IMG/VR virus record: IMGVR_UViG_3300031965_000068
Location: 1 to 41,930 of that record
Origin: a virus
Lineage: Duplodnaviria > Caudoviricetes
Direction: 5' to 3' (one strand)
DNA: 41,930 bases
The position numbers and the translations under genes are program-made. Below are positions 1 to 8,373 of this stretch, piece after piece; within the stretch, counting starts at the first letter, position 1, and every line of letters begins with the position of its first letter. Below the pieces are notes generated by a model. That model was not told the DNA's origin, made no database searches, and saw only the letters and a list, made by a program, of their open reading frames with translations.

Positions 1-47
1 ATGAGAACGACGGTCATTTCTGTATCCGTTCGTCGCGGGGTGTGGTG

Positions 48-188
48 ATGCTCGAAATCTGTGAGGAGGACCTACAGGTGATCGCCAGGAACGCGCTGAG
101 AGGACTGGTCGCGCGTGGGACGCAGGCGTTTCCAGCTCGCTGGTACACGGGACTTCCAGAGTGGGTAGAGGGTGAGGGGAAGCCATGA
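48..188 (+). CDS. hypothetical protein, 46 aa
   Basis: ATG 48 to TGA 188, read manually; ATGA overlap with next gene. Confidence 0.5.
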   Translation: MLEICEEDLQVIARNALRGLVARGTQAFPARWYTGLPEWVEGEGKP

Positions 189-409
189 GCCGCGACGATC
201 CGTGGGTGTCCGTCACCGACATCAAGGCCGGGGACTCGATCTTGTGGGCGGATCTGATTTGTGCTGTGGAGCGCGTGTCGATCGACCCCGCCCGCCGCAA
301 ACGGAGAGGGCGATGGTTTCACGTTCGGATCGAGGATGGAGCCGAGAAACGCCTCGCCTATTTCAACGACGAGCGAGTGGTCCGGCTAGACGGGGGGAGG
401 CTCCGATGA
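185..409 (+). CDS. hypothetical protein
   Basis: 74 aa ORF with ATGA coupling at both ends. Confidence 0.65.
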   Translation: MSRDDPWVSVTDIKAGDSILWADLICAVERVSIDPARRKRRGRWFHVRIEDGAEKRLAYFNDERVVRLDGGRLR

Positions 410-945
410 GTCTGCGTGAAGCCTGCAAGCACGGACGATGGGACGAGGAACATCTGATGGATGAACCCGATTCCGAAGGCTATCGACAGAACTGTCCTGG
501 CGGTCGCATCCTGTCCGACGCCGAAGCCCTCAGGGCGCTCCTGTTCGAGACATGCGGGGAGTGTGACGGGAGAGCCGAGACGTTCAAGCCGCTCGGAACA
601 ATGGCCCACAACGAGGCCAGTCCCCACTACCTGACCCCAGCGGAGGGGTTCTGGAAGGGGGAACGGCTACCGCCTGGTCGTTACCGGGTGGGTGACGACC
701 AGGACGTGTGGATCGAGTTCGATCTGCTCGGCGAGGGCGACGTGCTGACGAATGCCGTCTACCTGCCCGAAGTGGAGCATTGGCCGTTCGGTCAGACGCC
801 GCTGCGCATCATGTGGACCTGCCCCACCTGCGGTGGGAGCGGGCAGACACCGAAAGACGGGGTGCGAGTTGATCCAATGGCGAAGGACCCGAACGGCCCG
901 TTCGTCATCGTCCCCGCCTCGATGCTGGAAGGAGACAACACATGA
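406..945 (+). CDS. hypothetical protein with split DnaJ-like Zn motifs
   Basis: ATG 406 after GGAGG; CGECDG...CPTCGGSG. Confidence 0.65.
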   Translation: MSLREACKHGRWDEEHLMDEPDSEGYRQNCPGGRILSDAEALRALLFETCGECDGRAETFKPLGTMAHNEASPHYLTPAEGFWKGERLPPGRYRVGDDQDVWIEFDLLGEGDVLTNAVYLPEVEHWPFGQTPLRIMWTCPTCGGSGQTPKDGVRVDPMAKDPNGPFVIVPASMLEGDNT

Positions 946-1103
946 CCCTCCTGCTGCAACTCCGAGGGAGCGAGCGTCGAGCGGATGGTCGCCAGTTCGT
1001 GTCGTTCGAGGTGGTCGACGGCCATTGGCGCCCCGAGTATCGAGAGGACTTCAAGGTGATGTGGCGGGCCGAGAGGCTGGAAGGAGACAAGACCAATGAC
1101 TGA
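942..1103 (+). CDS. hypothetical protein, 53 aa
   Basis: SD GAAGGAG; ATGA overlap; MTLLLQLRG... Confidence 0.6.
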   Translation: MTLLLQLRGSERRADGRQFVSFEVVDGHWRPEYREDFKVMWRAERLEGDKTND

Positions 1104-1254
1104 CGACCTCTGCGCTCGATGCGGTCATGTGGACGCCTGGCACGCCTACGACGAAGGAGAGTGTTTTGTGAACTGGGAGGAACCGTTCGAGCTGTCCTGT
1201 GACTGCGAGGCGTTCGTTCCGGGCGGACGCGAAGGAGACGAGACCGATGAGTGA
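1096..1254 (+). CDS. small Cys/His-rich protein
   Basis: SD GAAGGAG; CARCGH...H...C...CDCEAF. Confidence 0.6.
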   Translation: MTDDLCARCGHVDAWHAYDEGECFVNWEEPFELSCDCEAFVPGGREGDETDE

Positions 1255-1354
1255 GATCCTCGTGGGCCTGTTCGTGGGTTGGGCCGTCTTCGAGGCGACC
1301 TACATGTTCGCCTGGTATGCGGGCTATCGAGTGGGGAGGTTCGGGGATGACTGA
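1247..1354 (+). CDS. small membrane protein, 35 aa
   Basis: SD GAAGGAG; hydrophobic ILVGLFVGWAVF. Confidence 0.55.
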   Translation: MSEILVGLFVGWAVFEATYMFAWYAGYRVGRFGDD

Positions 1355-1589
1355 GCCGACCCGAGACGATCTGCGGGTGATTGCGCCTGGCGGGTATACG
1401 AACGTCCTCGAAGACGCCGAGTTCGCCGCCATCGCCCGCAAGGACGGGTGGGTGAAGATCGACGTGGACGTAGAGGCAATGCGGGAATTGGCTGCGAGGC
1501 CGTATGTGCGAAACAACACCTCCATAGGAATCATGAAACTGGTCGATTCCCTCCTCGATGCTCTCGACCCCGAAGGAGACACCCCATGA
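1347..1589 (+). CDS. hypothetical protein
   Basis: ATG 1347 after GGGAGG; overlaps neighbours. Confidence 0.6.
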   Translation: MTEPTRDDLRVIAPGGYTNVLEDAEFAAIARKDGWVKIDVDVEAMRELAARPYVRNNTSIGIMKLVDSLLDALDPEGDTP

Positions 1590-1789
1590 ACCCCGTTGAC
1601 TCGTTGATCGATTCGTCGGTCCGCTGCGGGCGATGCGGTATGCCTGGCGTGGGAACGTGCTACTGCTGGACCCGCTGCTCGTGCGGGTGGTGGGCGGAAA
1701 AGGGCCGACCGTGCCGCAACCCGGGTACCACGCGATGCTCAACCAAGCTGCGGTACGCGGAGGTCGACCCCGAAGGAGACACACTGTGA
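1586..1789 (+). CDS. small Cys-rich protein
   Basis: SD GAAGGAG; CGRC...CYC...CSC...C...C. Confidence 0.6.
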   Translation: MNPVDSLIDSSVRCGRCGMPGVGTCYCWTRCSCGWWAEKGRPCRNPGTTRCSTKLRYAEVDPEGDTL

Positions 1790-2022
1790 TCCACGCTCTC
1801 GGCTGGGCGGCGGTCATCCTCCAGGCGGCTCACTCGTACCGGCACCGCCAGCACCTCGACCCCCACGGTGTGCTGGAGCATCGGGCGGGACTGCCGGCCG
1901 TCGCCTTCGCCGTGATCCTGCTGTTCATTCTGGCGGTGCTGATCGAAGTCACCGGGGTCGGTGGGGTCTCGGTCCCTGCCGCCCCTCCGGCTCAGAAGGT
2001 CATATGGGTGCCGGTCGCATGA
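1786..2022 (+). CDS. membrane protein
   Basis: SD GAAGGAG; GTGA overlap; hydrophobic segment AVAFAVILLFILAVLI. Confidence 0.55.
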   Translation: MIHALGWAAVILQAAHSYRHRQHLDPHGVLEHRAGLPAVAFAVILLFILAVLIEVTGVGGVSVPAAPPAQKVIWVPVA

Positions 2023-2264
2023 TCGAGCCACGACTGGAGGACCTGTTTTACGTCGCCGACAACGAGGACGGCCACCCGGAACGCTACGGGCTGGACGAAG
2101 CCGAGTTCGACCGGCTCGCCAGAGAGGCGGGCTACGTCAAGATTCCCGTCGATGCGGTGCGCCTGCCGGGCCACTACTGGATGAACGGGGAACGGATTGA
2201 GGACCCCTCGATCGAGCTGATCCTGATCCCGGCAACCGTCGTCCGAGTGCCCAAGACGAGATGA
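2019..2264 (+). CDS. hypothetical protein
   Basis: ATGA overlap; typical codon usage. Confidence 0.6.
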   Translation: MIEPRLEDLFYVADNEDGHPERYGLDEAEFDRLAREAGYVKIPVDAVRLPGHYWMNGERIEDPSIELILIPATVVRVPKTR

Positions 2265-2280
2265 CGGGCCACTACCGATC

Positions 2281-2289
2281 TGCTACCGT
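2281..2289 (+). promoter_or_regulatory. extended -10 promoter (TGnTACCGT)
   Basis: TGCTACCGTGCCGC, identical 14-mer also at 13916-13929. Confidence 0.5.
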
Positions 2290-2295
2290 GCCGCC

Positions 2296-2410
2296 TGTCC
2301 CGGCAGCCGTGGCCCTACACCATCGAAAGTCTCCGTCCTCGGGCGTGAGCCTCCTTTCGGCCGGGACCTTTCGAGGACCCCCGTCACAGCACCAGCCGAC
2401 GGGGGTTCTC
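2296..2410 (+). ncRNA. candidate structured small RNA complementary to early-promoter leaders
   Basis: Stems GTCCCGGC/GCCGGGAC and CGAAAG/CTTTCG, GNRA hairpin, 3' 13-bp hairpin; contains GCCCTACACCA and CTCCTTTCG. Confidence 0.5.
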
Positions 2411-2412
2411 GC

Positions 2413-2730
2413 GTGAAGTCCCGATCCGGCTGGCGAGCGGCGGTCCTGGACATGTACGGATTCGAGTGTCCTGTCCGCTCCGGTTGCTACGGGCGGCTCG
2501 AGACTCACCACCTGGTCTACCGATCCAGAGGCGGGCAGGATCTCCCGGAGAACGGGATCATGTTGTGCACTGTCCATCACGGCCGGGTCCACGCCAGCCA
2601 GCTCCTGATCGAACCGCGGTGGCTACACCCGTCGGCAGTCGCCTGGCTCGCAGAGCTCGGGGCGGTCGACTGGGATGACCTCGGCCAACCGTTCGGACGG
2701 CACTGGCAATCCTTCGCCCCACGCCGGTAG
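2413..2730 (+). CDS. HNH endonuclease
   Basis: C...C...HHLVYRSRGG...N..MLCTVHH..H. Confidence 0.8.
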   Translation: MKSRSGWRAAVLDMYGFECPVRSGCYGRLETHHLVYRSRGGQDLPENGIMLCTVHHGRVHASQLLIEPRWLHPSAVAWLAELGAVDWDDLGQPFGRHWQSFAPRR

Positions 2731-2752
2731 CGACGCGCTATCGTCACGCCGC

Positions 2753-2896
2753 ATGAGCGAGCAGCAGAAGCTGGTCTTTACGGTTCCGGCAGAGATGCAC
2801 GAAGCGATCAAGGATGCGGCGGCGGAAGAGGAACGGTCGATGGCCTCCTGGATTCGCCGAGCGATCGCCGCTGCTCTCCCCCCAGCCACTACTTGA
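2753..2896 (+). CDS. ribbon-helix-helix (Arc/CopG-like) DNA-binding protein
   Basis: KLVFTVPAEMHEAIKDAAAEEERSMASWIRRAI; TATCGT -10 box 8 nt upstream suggests a leaderless start. Confidence 0.7.
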   Translation: MSEQQKLVFTVPAEMHEAIKDAAAEEERSMASWIRRAIAAALPPATT

Positions 2897-2980
2897 CGCC
2901 ACTAACCTCGTGCCCTAGTGTTCCTTTCGTGTAGGGGGCGTCCATCCCGGACGTCCGCGGCTAACGAAAGGAGTGCACCA
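2888..2980 (+). promoter_or_regulatory. early-type promoter/leader cassette copy 1
   Basis: ACTAC-TTGACG-17nt-TAGTGT...GTAGGG...AAAGGAG. Confidence 0.75.
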
Positions 2981-3475
2981 GTGAGTGCATACATGGTCCC
3001 AAAGGGCCACATCGACGTCCTGGTCTCGGCAGCCCGCCAAGGTCGGGACCGTCTCCGGTGGTGGGATACCGACCCGGCTGTCCACGTCGCCAACGGGGAG
3101 ACGTTCAGCCTGGAATTCGTGCGGGAGCACATGCGGGAACTGACCGATGACAACCTCGGCCTGGTCGGAGCGATGCTGCTCAATGAGAACCGGCTGTCGG
3201 TCAACCACCGCTATCGCGAGGACGAGATCGAAGAGCCGTACCTGTTCCGGGAGACCGAGGGCTATCCACCCAAAGTGGTGCTGACGGCGATCTCCGGTTA
3301 CGAGTACCAGGCGTGCGAGCACCCCGGCTGGTTCACTTCGGAGGCTCGGCAGTTCTGCGAATCCCTGCGGGACAAGATGTGCGGGAAGCTTCGGGCAGAG
3401 GAAGGCTGGGAGATCGCCCGGCCCGCCTACCAGCGCGGGATCTCGATCCTGGATCTCGGAAAGGACAAGCGATGA
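2981..3475 (+). CDS. hypothetical phage protein
   Basis: GTG after AAAGGAG; YEYQACEHPGW motif. Confidence 0.75.
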   Translation: MSAYMVPKGHIDVLVSAARQGRDRLRWWDTDPAVHVANGETFSLEFVREHMRELTDDNLGLVGAMLLNENRLSVNHRYREDEIEEPYLFRETEGYPPKVVLTAISGYEYQACEHPGWFTSEARQFCESLRDKMCGKLRAEEGWEIARPAYQRGISILDLGKDKR

Positions 3476-3687
3476 GCATCCTGGTCATCCGCTGGTCATC
3501 CAGCAACAGCGAGCCGTGGGTCGTGGAGGACGTCAATGGCGATCAGCGGTCAGCCATAGAAGAACTCGCCGTCCAGTACGACCCGCACGCTCAGATCATC
3601 GACGACCACCCATTCTCTCCAGCCGACGCAATCGCGGCGCTGGAGGGACTCATGGAAGGAAGCACGCATGACACAGCTACCGATTGA
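3472..3687 (+). CDS. hypothetical protein
   Basis: ATGA overlap; SD AAGGA. Confidence 0.6.
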   Translation: MSILVIRWSSSNSEPWVVEDVNGDQRSAIEELAVQYDPHAQIIDDHPFSPADAIAALEGLMEGSTHDTATD

Positions 3688-4873
3688 GAAGGTCCAACCG
3701 GGGAACAACATTCGACATGCCCTGGGAGATCTCGGTCCCCTGGTCAAGTCGATCGAGGCGGTGGGCATCCTTGAGCCCTTGCTGGTGGTAGGGAACACCT
3801 CGGACGGCTGGACGGTGGTTGCCGGGCATCGGCGGCTGGCGGCGGCGAAGAAGGCCGGACTGACTGAGGTCCCGGCGTCGGTGGTGAACTTCACCGAGGC
3901 GGAGATCGCTGAGGCCATGCTGATCGAGAACCTCCAGCGGGAGGACCTCTCCCCGATCGAGGAAGCCGAGGGGCTGTTCCGGCTGGAGGAACTCGGGATC
4001 GCCCGGAAGGAGATCAGCCAGCGAACGGGGATCCCGCCCAAGCGGATCAAAGATCGAGTGCATCTGCTCGACCTCCCGAAGCCAGCGCAGAACCTCGTCC
4101 ACCAGGGCAAGCTGCCGATTGATGCCGGGCTACTCCTGGCCAACGAGCCGCCCGACGTCGTCCTCGCCATGATCGAGGAAGAGATCTCCGCTCGGGACAT
4201 CAAGTGGAGGCTGGAGCAGGTGCGACAGGAGCGCAAGAACGCCGACGCTATGGAGACCCTGGCCCCTCGGATCGAGAAGCTCCGTGAGGCCGGGGTGCCC
4301 GTGGTCGACAGACCCAAGTCATGGGAGCAGCCGGCCGGAACGGGAGGATGGGTTGAGATCGGCCAGGGCTGGTCGAAGCTCGACCTCCCGGTGCGGGAGC
4401 ACGCCAAAGAGCCATGCGCCGCCTACTGGCTGGACCCCGGCTCGGCTCATTCCCCGGCTCGGCTGATCCCCGCCTGTCAGAAGAAGAAGCGCCACTCCTT
4501 CACCGGAGACTCGGAGCTCAAGATCCCCGACGCCGAGAAGGACCACGCCGAGACCCAGGCGAAGAAGGCCCGCGCGGCAAAGGAACGAGCCAAGGCCCAG
4601 GAGCGAGAGGCCGTCTACTCGACGGTCGAGAACCTGCCTGCCGAGACGATCCAGTGGATGGTGCTCGGGTTCGCCGGGTACTCCGACCTGGCGGAAGCTG
4701 CGAAGCGGCTGGACCTGGAGACCGCCGATGCTCTGCTCGAGTACGCCGGGCAATCGAAGGCCAACCTGCGGCGGGCCGTGGTGGCGGTGGCCCTCGCTAC
4801 CGATCCTCTCGGATCAGATGGATGGGGCCACCGGGCCGCGGCAGTTAAGGCCCTTCGTGAGGCGATCCAGTGA
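3668..4873 (+). CDS. ParB/Spo0J-family protein with C-terminal extension
   Basis: GILEPLLV, VVAGHRRLAA, ENLQREDLSPIEEA, then HTH. Confidence 0.9.
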   Translation: MTQLPIEKVQPGNNIRHALGDLGPLVKSIEAVGILEPLLVVGNTSDGWTVVAGHRRLAAAKKAGLTEVPASVVNFTEAEIAEAMLIENLQREDLSPIEEAEGLFRLEELGIARKEISQRTGIPPKRIKDRVHLLDLPKPAQNLVHQGKLPIDAGLLLANEPPDVVLAMIEEEISARDIKWRLEQVRQERKNADAMETLAPRIEKLREAGVPVVDRPKSWEQPAGTGGWVEIGQGWSKLDLPVREHAKEPCAAYWLDPGSAHSPARLIPACQKKKRHSFTGDSELKIPDAEKDHAETQAKKARAAKERAKAQEREAVYSTVENLPAETIQWMVLGFAGYSDLAEAAKRLDLETADALLEYAGQSKANLRRAVVAVALATDPLGSDGWGHRAAAVKALREAIQ

Positions 4874-5247
4874 CCAGCCCGTCAGGGACGCCTTCCGCTC
4901 CGATCGAGGGCGTCCCTTCCTCTACCCCCACCCCGGGCGATTCCGGCCGTATCGGGCAAACTGGGGGCGGCTACGGCAAACGCTTGAAAGCCATCCTCCA
5001 GACTTCCTCTACTCAGACCACCAGGTGGTATGTCGACCCGGGCGACGTCCAGAGATGGGCGGTTCATCGGGGAATGACCCTGGACCCCGCCCCGGGCACC
5101 GAGCCGGCTCTGCCCTGGATGATCTCGACCGACCTCGACGTGGAAGAGATGGTCGAAGGCAAGCTGCGGCACCGGCCGGCCTCGATGGACGATGTCGAGG
5201 AATGGGCCTTGGCGAGGAACCTGCGACTACTACTTGACGCCGGATGA
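4870..5247 (+). CDS. hypothetical protein
   Basis: GTGA overlap; ends inside promoter cassette (LLLDAG*). Confidence 0.5.
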   Translation: MTSPSGTPSAPIEGVPSSTPTPGDSGRIGQTGGGYGKRLKAILQTSSTQTTRWYVDPGDVQRWAVHRGMTLDPAPGTEPALPWMISTDLDVEEMVEGKLRHRPASMDDVEEWALARNLRLLLDAG

Positions 5248-5299
5248 TCCGTGTGCCAGAGTGAGGCTTGTAGGGCAACGGCAATCGAAAGGAGTCCAC
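5229..5299 (+). promoter_or_regulatory. early-type promoter/leader cassette copy 2
   Basis: ACTAC-TTGACG-17nt-CAGAGT-7nt-GTAGGG...AAAGGAG. Confidence 0.8.
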
Positions 5300-5503
5300 A
5301 TGCACACATTCACAGCCAAGACCCGGTGCCCCTGGTGCCGGGAGCTCCAGCTCCAGGGTGGGGAGTGTGAGGCCTGCGGCTTCACCGGCTCCTGCCCGTA
5401 TTGCGAGTACGACGTGACCCCGGACAACCCGAACCCCCAAAATCACGACGGTCCCTGCGCGGCGGAAGCCGTGGCCGAGGCCCGAGCAGACGAGGTGACA
5501 TGA
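5300..5503 (+). CDS. small Zn-finger protein
   Basis: CPWC, CEAC, CPYC. Confidence 0.7.
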   Translation: MHTFTAKTRCPWCRELQLQGGECEACGFTGSCPYCEYDVTPDNPNPQNHDGPCAAEAVAEARADEVT

Positions 5504-5796
5504 TGGCCAAGATCATGAGGATCCGGTTCGAGCACAATCCATACGGGAGGGGCTGGTTTCTGAGGGTCCAACTGGGACCGGGCGCTGGCTACCGATGGGT
5601 TGACCTCCCCGGGTATTCGATGAGCGTCAACGCCCCCTGGTATCGGCACCTGTCGATCTCCGGGCGTACGGCGCGCGTTGGTTGGCGGTGCAAGGCCGCT
5701 CCTAAGAGGAATGCCTATACAAGACCCAAGCTGCTAGCTGGCCACCTGTTCACGCGAAACGCCAACCGCCACCGCGTCTACCCGGGGTGGTGGTGA
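5500..5796 (+). CDS. hypothetical basic protein
   Basis: ATGA overlap; SD GAGG. Confidence 0.6.
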   Translation: MMAKIMRIRFEHNPYGRGWFLRVQLGPGAGYRWVDLPGYSMSVNAPWYRHLSISGRTARVGWRCKAAPKRNAYTRPKLLAGHLFTRNANRHRVYPGWW

Positions 5797-6167
5797 TGGG
5801 ACTCATCGTTGACATCTATCGCACCGCCGCCCTGGGCGACTGCACCGGAGGCGGGATCTCCGCCAGCCATGACCAGTTGACGCTGGTCAACGTCTCGGGT
5901 CCGTTCGAGCCGACCCCCGACCGACCTGCGGCTCTCCTGGTGGACGGCAACCTGCGGGGGACCAAGCGGATCGTTCCGGCCGTCTGGGACGAGGACGCTT
6001 CCTGGTGGACGATGCTCCGACTCCCCGACCAGGTCGGCCCGATGATGGGCGGCAACTACGCCGCCACCTCGGACAGTCGGTTCCGGAACGCGGCCGACCT
6101 CTATGGAGCAGTCGCGATCCACGACCGCTATGAAACCCCTGAGCAGTACGCGAGGCTGAGCCAATGA
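5796..6167 (+). CDS. hypothetical phage protein
   Basis: TGATG coupling; MMGGNYAATSDSRF...IHDRYE. Confidence 0.75.
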   Translation: MGLIVDIYRTAALGDCTGGGISASHDQLTLVNVSGPFEPTPDRPAALLVDGNLRGTKRIVPAVWDEDASWWTMLRLPDQVGPMMGGNYAATSDSRFRNAADLYGAVAIHDRYETPEQYARLSQ

Positions 6168-6469
6168 ACCACGCCCAACGCCTCGCCTTGTGGCGGGACA
6201 CCCTGACCCCCGGCCGGCGGATCCGATGCGTGGAGAACACTCGGATCCCCACCAGGGCCGGGGTGATCGTCGAGATCCTGACGGTCGGCGTCTACTACGC
6301 CACGGCTTGCTGTGTCTCGGACCCGTCCGGGCAGCTCGTCGAGGGGGCTACCTTCCACCTCGACCTTCCGAAGCTTGCTCGCAACCTGCACCACGCCACC
6401 GCCGACCGCATTCGGTACACCCTGGAAGGCCCCCGCGGCGGCGAGTGCGAATGGGAGGTCATCGACTGA
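6164..6469 (+). CDS. hypothetical protein
   Basis: ATGA overlap. Confidence 0.65.
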   Translation: MNHAQRLALWRDTLTPGRRIRCVENTRIPTRAGVIVEILTVGVYYATACCVSDPSGQLVEGATFHLDLPKLARNLHHATADRIRYTLEGPRGGECEWEVID

Positions 6470-6503
6470 CTTGGGATCGCCTTTGCCGTCGGTCCCAGGC
6501 TGG

Positions 6504-6547
6504 ACCCCGCCCCTGAGATTGGGACCTCCCGGGGCGGGGTTCTCTTG
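6504..6547 (+). terminator. intrinsic terminator
   Basis: ACCCCGCCCC/GGGGCGGGGT followed by TCTCTT. Confidence 0.65.
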
Positions 6548-6554
6548 TGCGATA

Positions 6555-6620
6555 ACTACTTGACGCCTGGATACCCGTCTGCCAGAGTGAGGCTTGTAGG
6601 GCCAACACGAAAGGAGCCAG
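6555..6620 (+). promoter_or_regulatory. early-type promoter/leader cassette copy 3
   Basis: ACTAC-TTGACG-17nt-CAGAGT-7nt-GTAGGG...AAAGGAG. Confidence 0.8.
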
Positions 6621-7451
6621 ATGTTCCCTCTCGACCTGATCGACGCCAACCCGAACCAGCCCCGCAAGCACTTCGACACCGAGGGGTTGCGGGAGTTGGC
6701 CGCTTCCATCGCCAAGCTCGGGATCCTCCAACCGATCGTCGTCCGGCCGGTGGGCGATCGCTTCACGATCGTCGCTGGGGAGCGCCGGTGGCGTGCGGCT
6801 CAGATGGCCGGACTCACCGAGATCCCGGTGGTCGAGATCTCCCCCGACATGGCCGAGGGCGACCAGTTCGTCCGCTCGGTGGCCGAGAACGTCAATCGCC
6901 GGGACATGACGGTGACGGAGGAAGCCCAGGCGTTCCAACGTCTGGTCGACTCGGGCATGACGATCGAGGAAGTGGCCGAGGTGCTGGGGAAGCGGCCCCA
7001 GGACATTCGGTGGCGTCTCGATCTCCTGGCCCTGGACCCGAAGCTCGAGGAACTGGCGAACCGATCCCCCGACCTGGCCTGGTTCGTTGCGAAGTTGGGG
7101 ATCGAAGATCAATGGCGAGTGTGGAGGGAGATCAACAACGGCATGGGAACCCAAGACGCAGTTGCATTCTGCGAGGCGCTGGCTGCGCCCCAGGACGAGA
7201 TGTTCGCCGAGTTCACCCTGACGGCCGAGGAAGTCAAGATCCGGGACCAGGTGGCCTCGGTCTGCGACCGGCTGGACAAGGCGATCGGAGCGATCCACGA
7301 TCTGATGGACGGCGACGACGGCCGGGTCGCTCAGATCCTGGCTGACCGGGCCTCGATCCTCACCGACCGCCTGGAGCTCGCGGCTAAGTCGGTCCGCACC
7401 GAGGCCAAGGCGGCTCGGCGAATCCTCGGGATCGTGCGGGCACGATCATGA
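6621..7451 (+). CDS. ParB/Spo0J-family protein
   Basis: NPNQPRKHF, GILQPIVV, IVAGERRWRAA, ENVNRRDM. Confidence 0.92.
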   Translation: MFPLDLIDANPNQPRKHFDTEGLRELAASIAKLGILQPIVVRPVGDRFTIVAGERRWRAAQMAGLTEIPVVEISPDMAEGDQFVRSVAENVNRRDMTVTEEAQAFQRLVDSGMTIEEVAEVLGKRPQDIRWRLDLLALDPKLEELANRSPDLAWFVAKLGIEDQWRVWREINNGMGTQDAVAFCEALAAPQDEMFAEFTLTAEEVKIRDQVASVCDRLDKAIGAIHDLMDGDDGRVAQILADRASILTDRLELAAKSVRTEAKAARRILGIVRARS

Positions 7452-7597
7452 AGGAGTTCTACCGAGACTCCTGGCACACGCATATCACGCCTACACAGAT
7501 CCTGGTCTGCCCCGGATCGAAGTGTCATGCCTCTGAGTGCCCGGGAGTGGAGAGGCTGGTCAATACCGGGGACCCGACGCCTCGACTGCTACCATGA
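7448..7597 (+). CDS. possible small protein, 49 aa
   Basis: ATGA overlap; overlaps downstream promoter. Confidence 0.35.
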   Translation: MKEFYRDSWHTHITPTQILVCPGSKCHASECPGVERLVNTGDPTPRLLP

Positions 7598-7625
7598 CGA
7601 CAGTAGGGACCACGATCGAAGGAGC
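7587..7625 (+). promoter_or_regulatory. partial cassette copy: extended -10, GTAGGG and SD
   Basis: TGC-TACCAT-7nt-GTAGGG...GAAGGAG; no TTGACG. Confidence 0.55.
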
Positions 7626-7632
7626 CCCCGCT

Positions 7633-8283
7633 GTGCAATTGTTCACCGCCCGATACACCGCCAAACGCCTGATCGCCCAGGCCGACGCTGTGCCCGTCGC
7701 CACGACGGTTGGTCAATCGTCATCCACCTTCCACCGTCCAGCCTTCCACAGCCCGTCACTGGCCCCCTACGGCGTGTTCGGCATCACTCATTACTCCACT
7801 TTCCGGGAACGGTATCGCGAGCGTCTCGGGCGACTAGGGCTGGATCACATCGCCACCGAGCTCGAGACCATCGCCACCCTGACCGGCTGCCCTCGGCTCG
7901 CCCTGCTCTGCTTCGACGACTTGACCAAGCCCGACAACTGGTGTCATCGCCGCATGTTCGCCGAATGGTGGGAAGAACAGACCGGGATGGAGGTGCCGGA
8001 GCTGGGTCGCATGGCCGAAGCCCAGCCCGAGCTGTGGGATGCGATGGCCGACCTCCCGTCGGCGACGGTTGTCCGGAAGTCGCATCGACTGATCGAAGAG
8101 GGCCGGGTGAAGCTGCTCAAGAACGGTCGGCTGGTTCGGGTGGACGGTGACTCAGCCAGCTACGCGATCTCGATCACGAACGAGGTGGCCGGACCCTGCA
8201 TCTGTCGGTCGGTTCATCCCTGGTGCTCGCACCGCCTCGCTGCTCAGGCCGTGGTCAACCCGGACCACCTGCCCTCCACCTGA
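7633..8283 (+). CDS. DUF488-like protein fused to SWIM Zn finger
   Basis: GTG after GAAGGAG; LLCFD...WCHRR motif; C-terminal CIC...CSH. Confidence 0.7.
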   Translation: MQLFTARYTAKRLIAQADAVPVATTVGQSSSTFHRPAFHSPSLAPYGVFGITHYSTFRERYRERLGRLGLDHIATELETIATLTGCPRLALLCFDDLTKPDNWCHRRMFAEWWEEQTGMEVPELGRMAEAQPELWDAMADLPSATVVRKSHRLIEEGRVKLLKNGRLVRVDGDSASYAISITNEVAGPCICRSVHPWCSHRLAAQAVVNPDHLPST

Positions 8284-8289
8284 TACAGT
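8281..8289 (+). promoter_or_regulatory. extended -10 promoter for tRNA/modification operon
   Basis: TGA-TACAGT 11 nt upstream of the tRNA. Confidence 0.45.
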
Positions 8290-8300
8290 CCCGCGACAGC

Positions 8301-8371
8301 GCGTGGGTAGTTCAGTGGTAGAACGCCTCGATTCCGTCGGGGAGGCCTGGGTTCGATCCCCGGCCCGCGCT
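8301..8371 (+). tRNA. tRNA-Gly(TCC), atypical anticodon loop, no encoded CCA
   Basis: Cloverleaf: GCGTGGG/CCCGCGC, GTTC/GAAC, CCTCG-ATTCCGT-CGGGG, AGGC, CTGGG-TTCGATC-CCCGG, discriminator T. Confidence 0.88.
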
Positions 8372-8373
8372 CG

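Noticed and set aside
2300-2360. Minus-strand copy of the early promoter
   Set aside because: No TTGACG at 17-nt spacing, the SD-like element lies on the wrong side, and there is no downstream minus-strand gene; kept only as an alternative to the sRNA model
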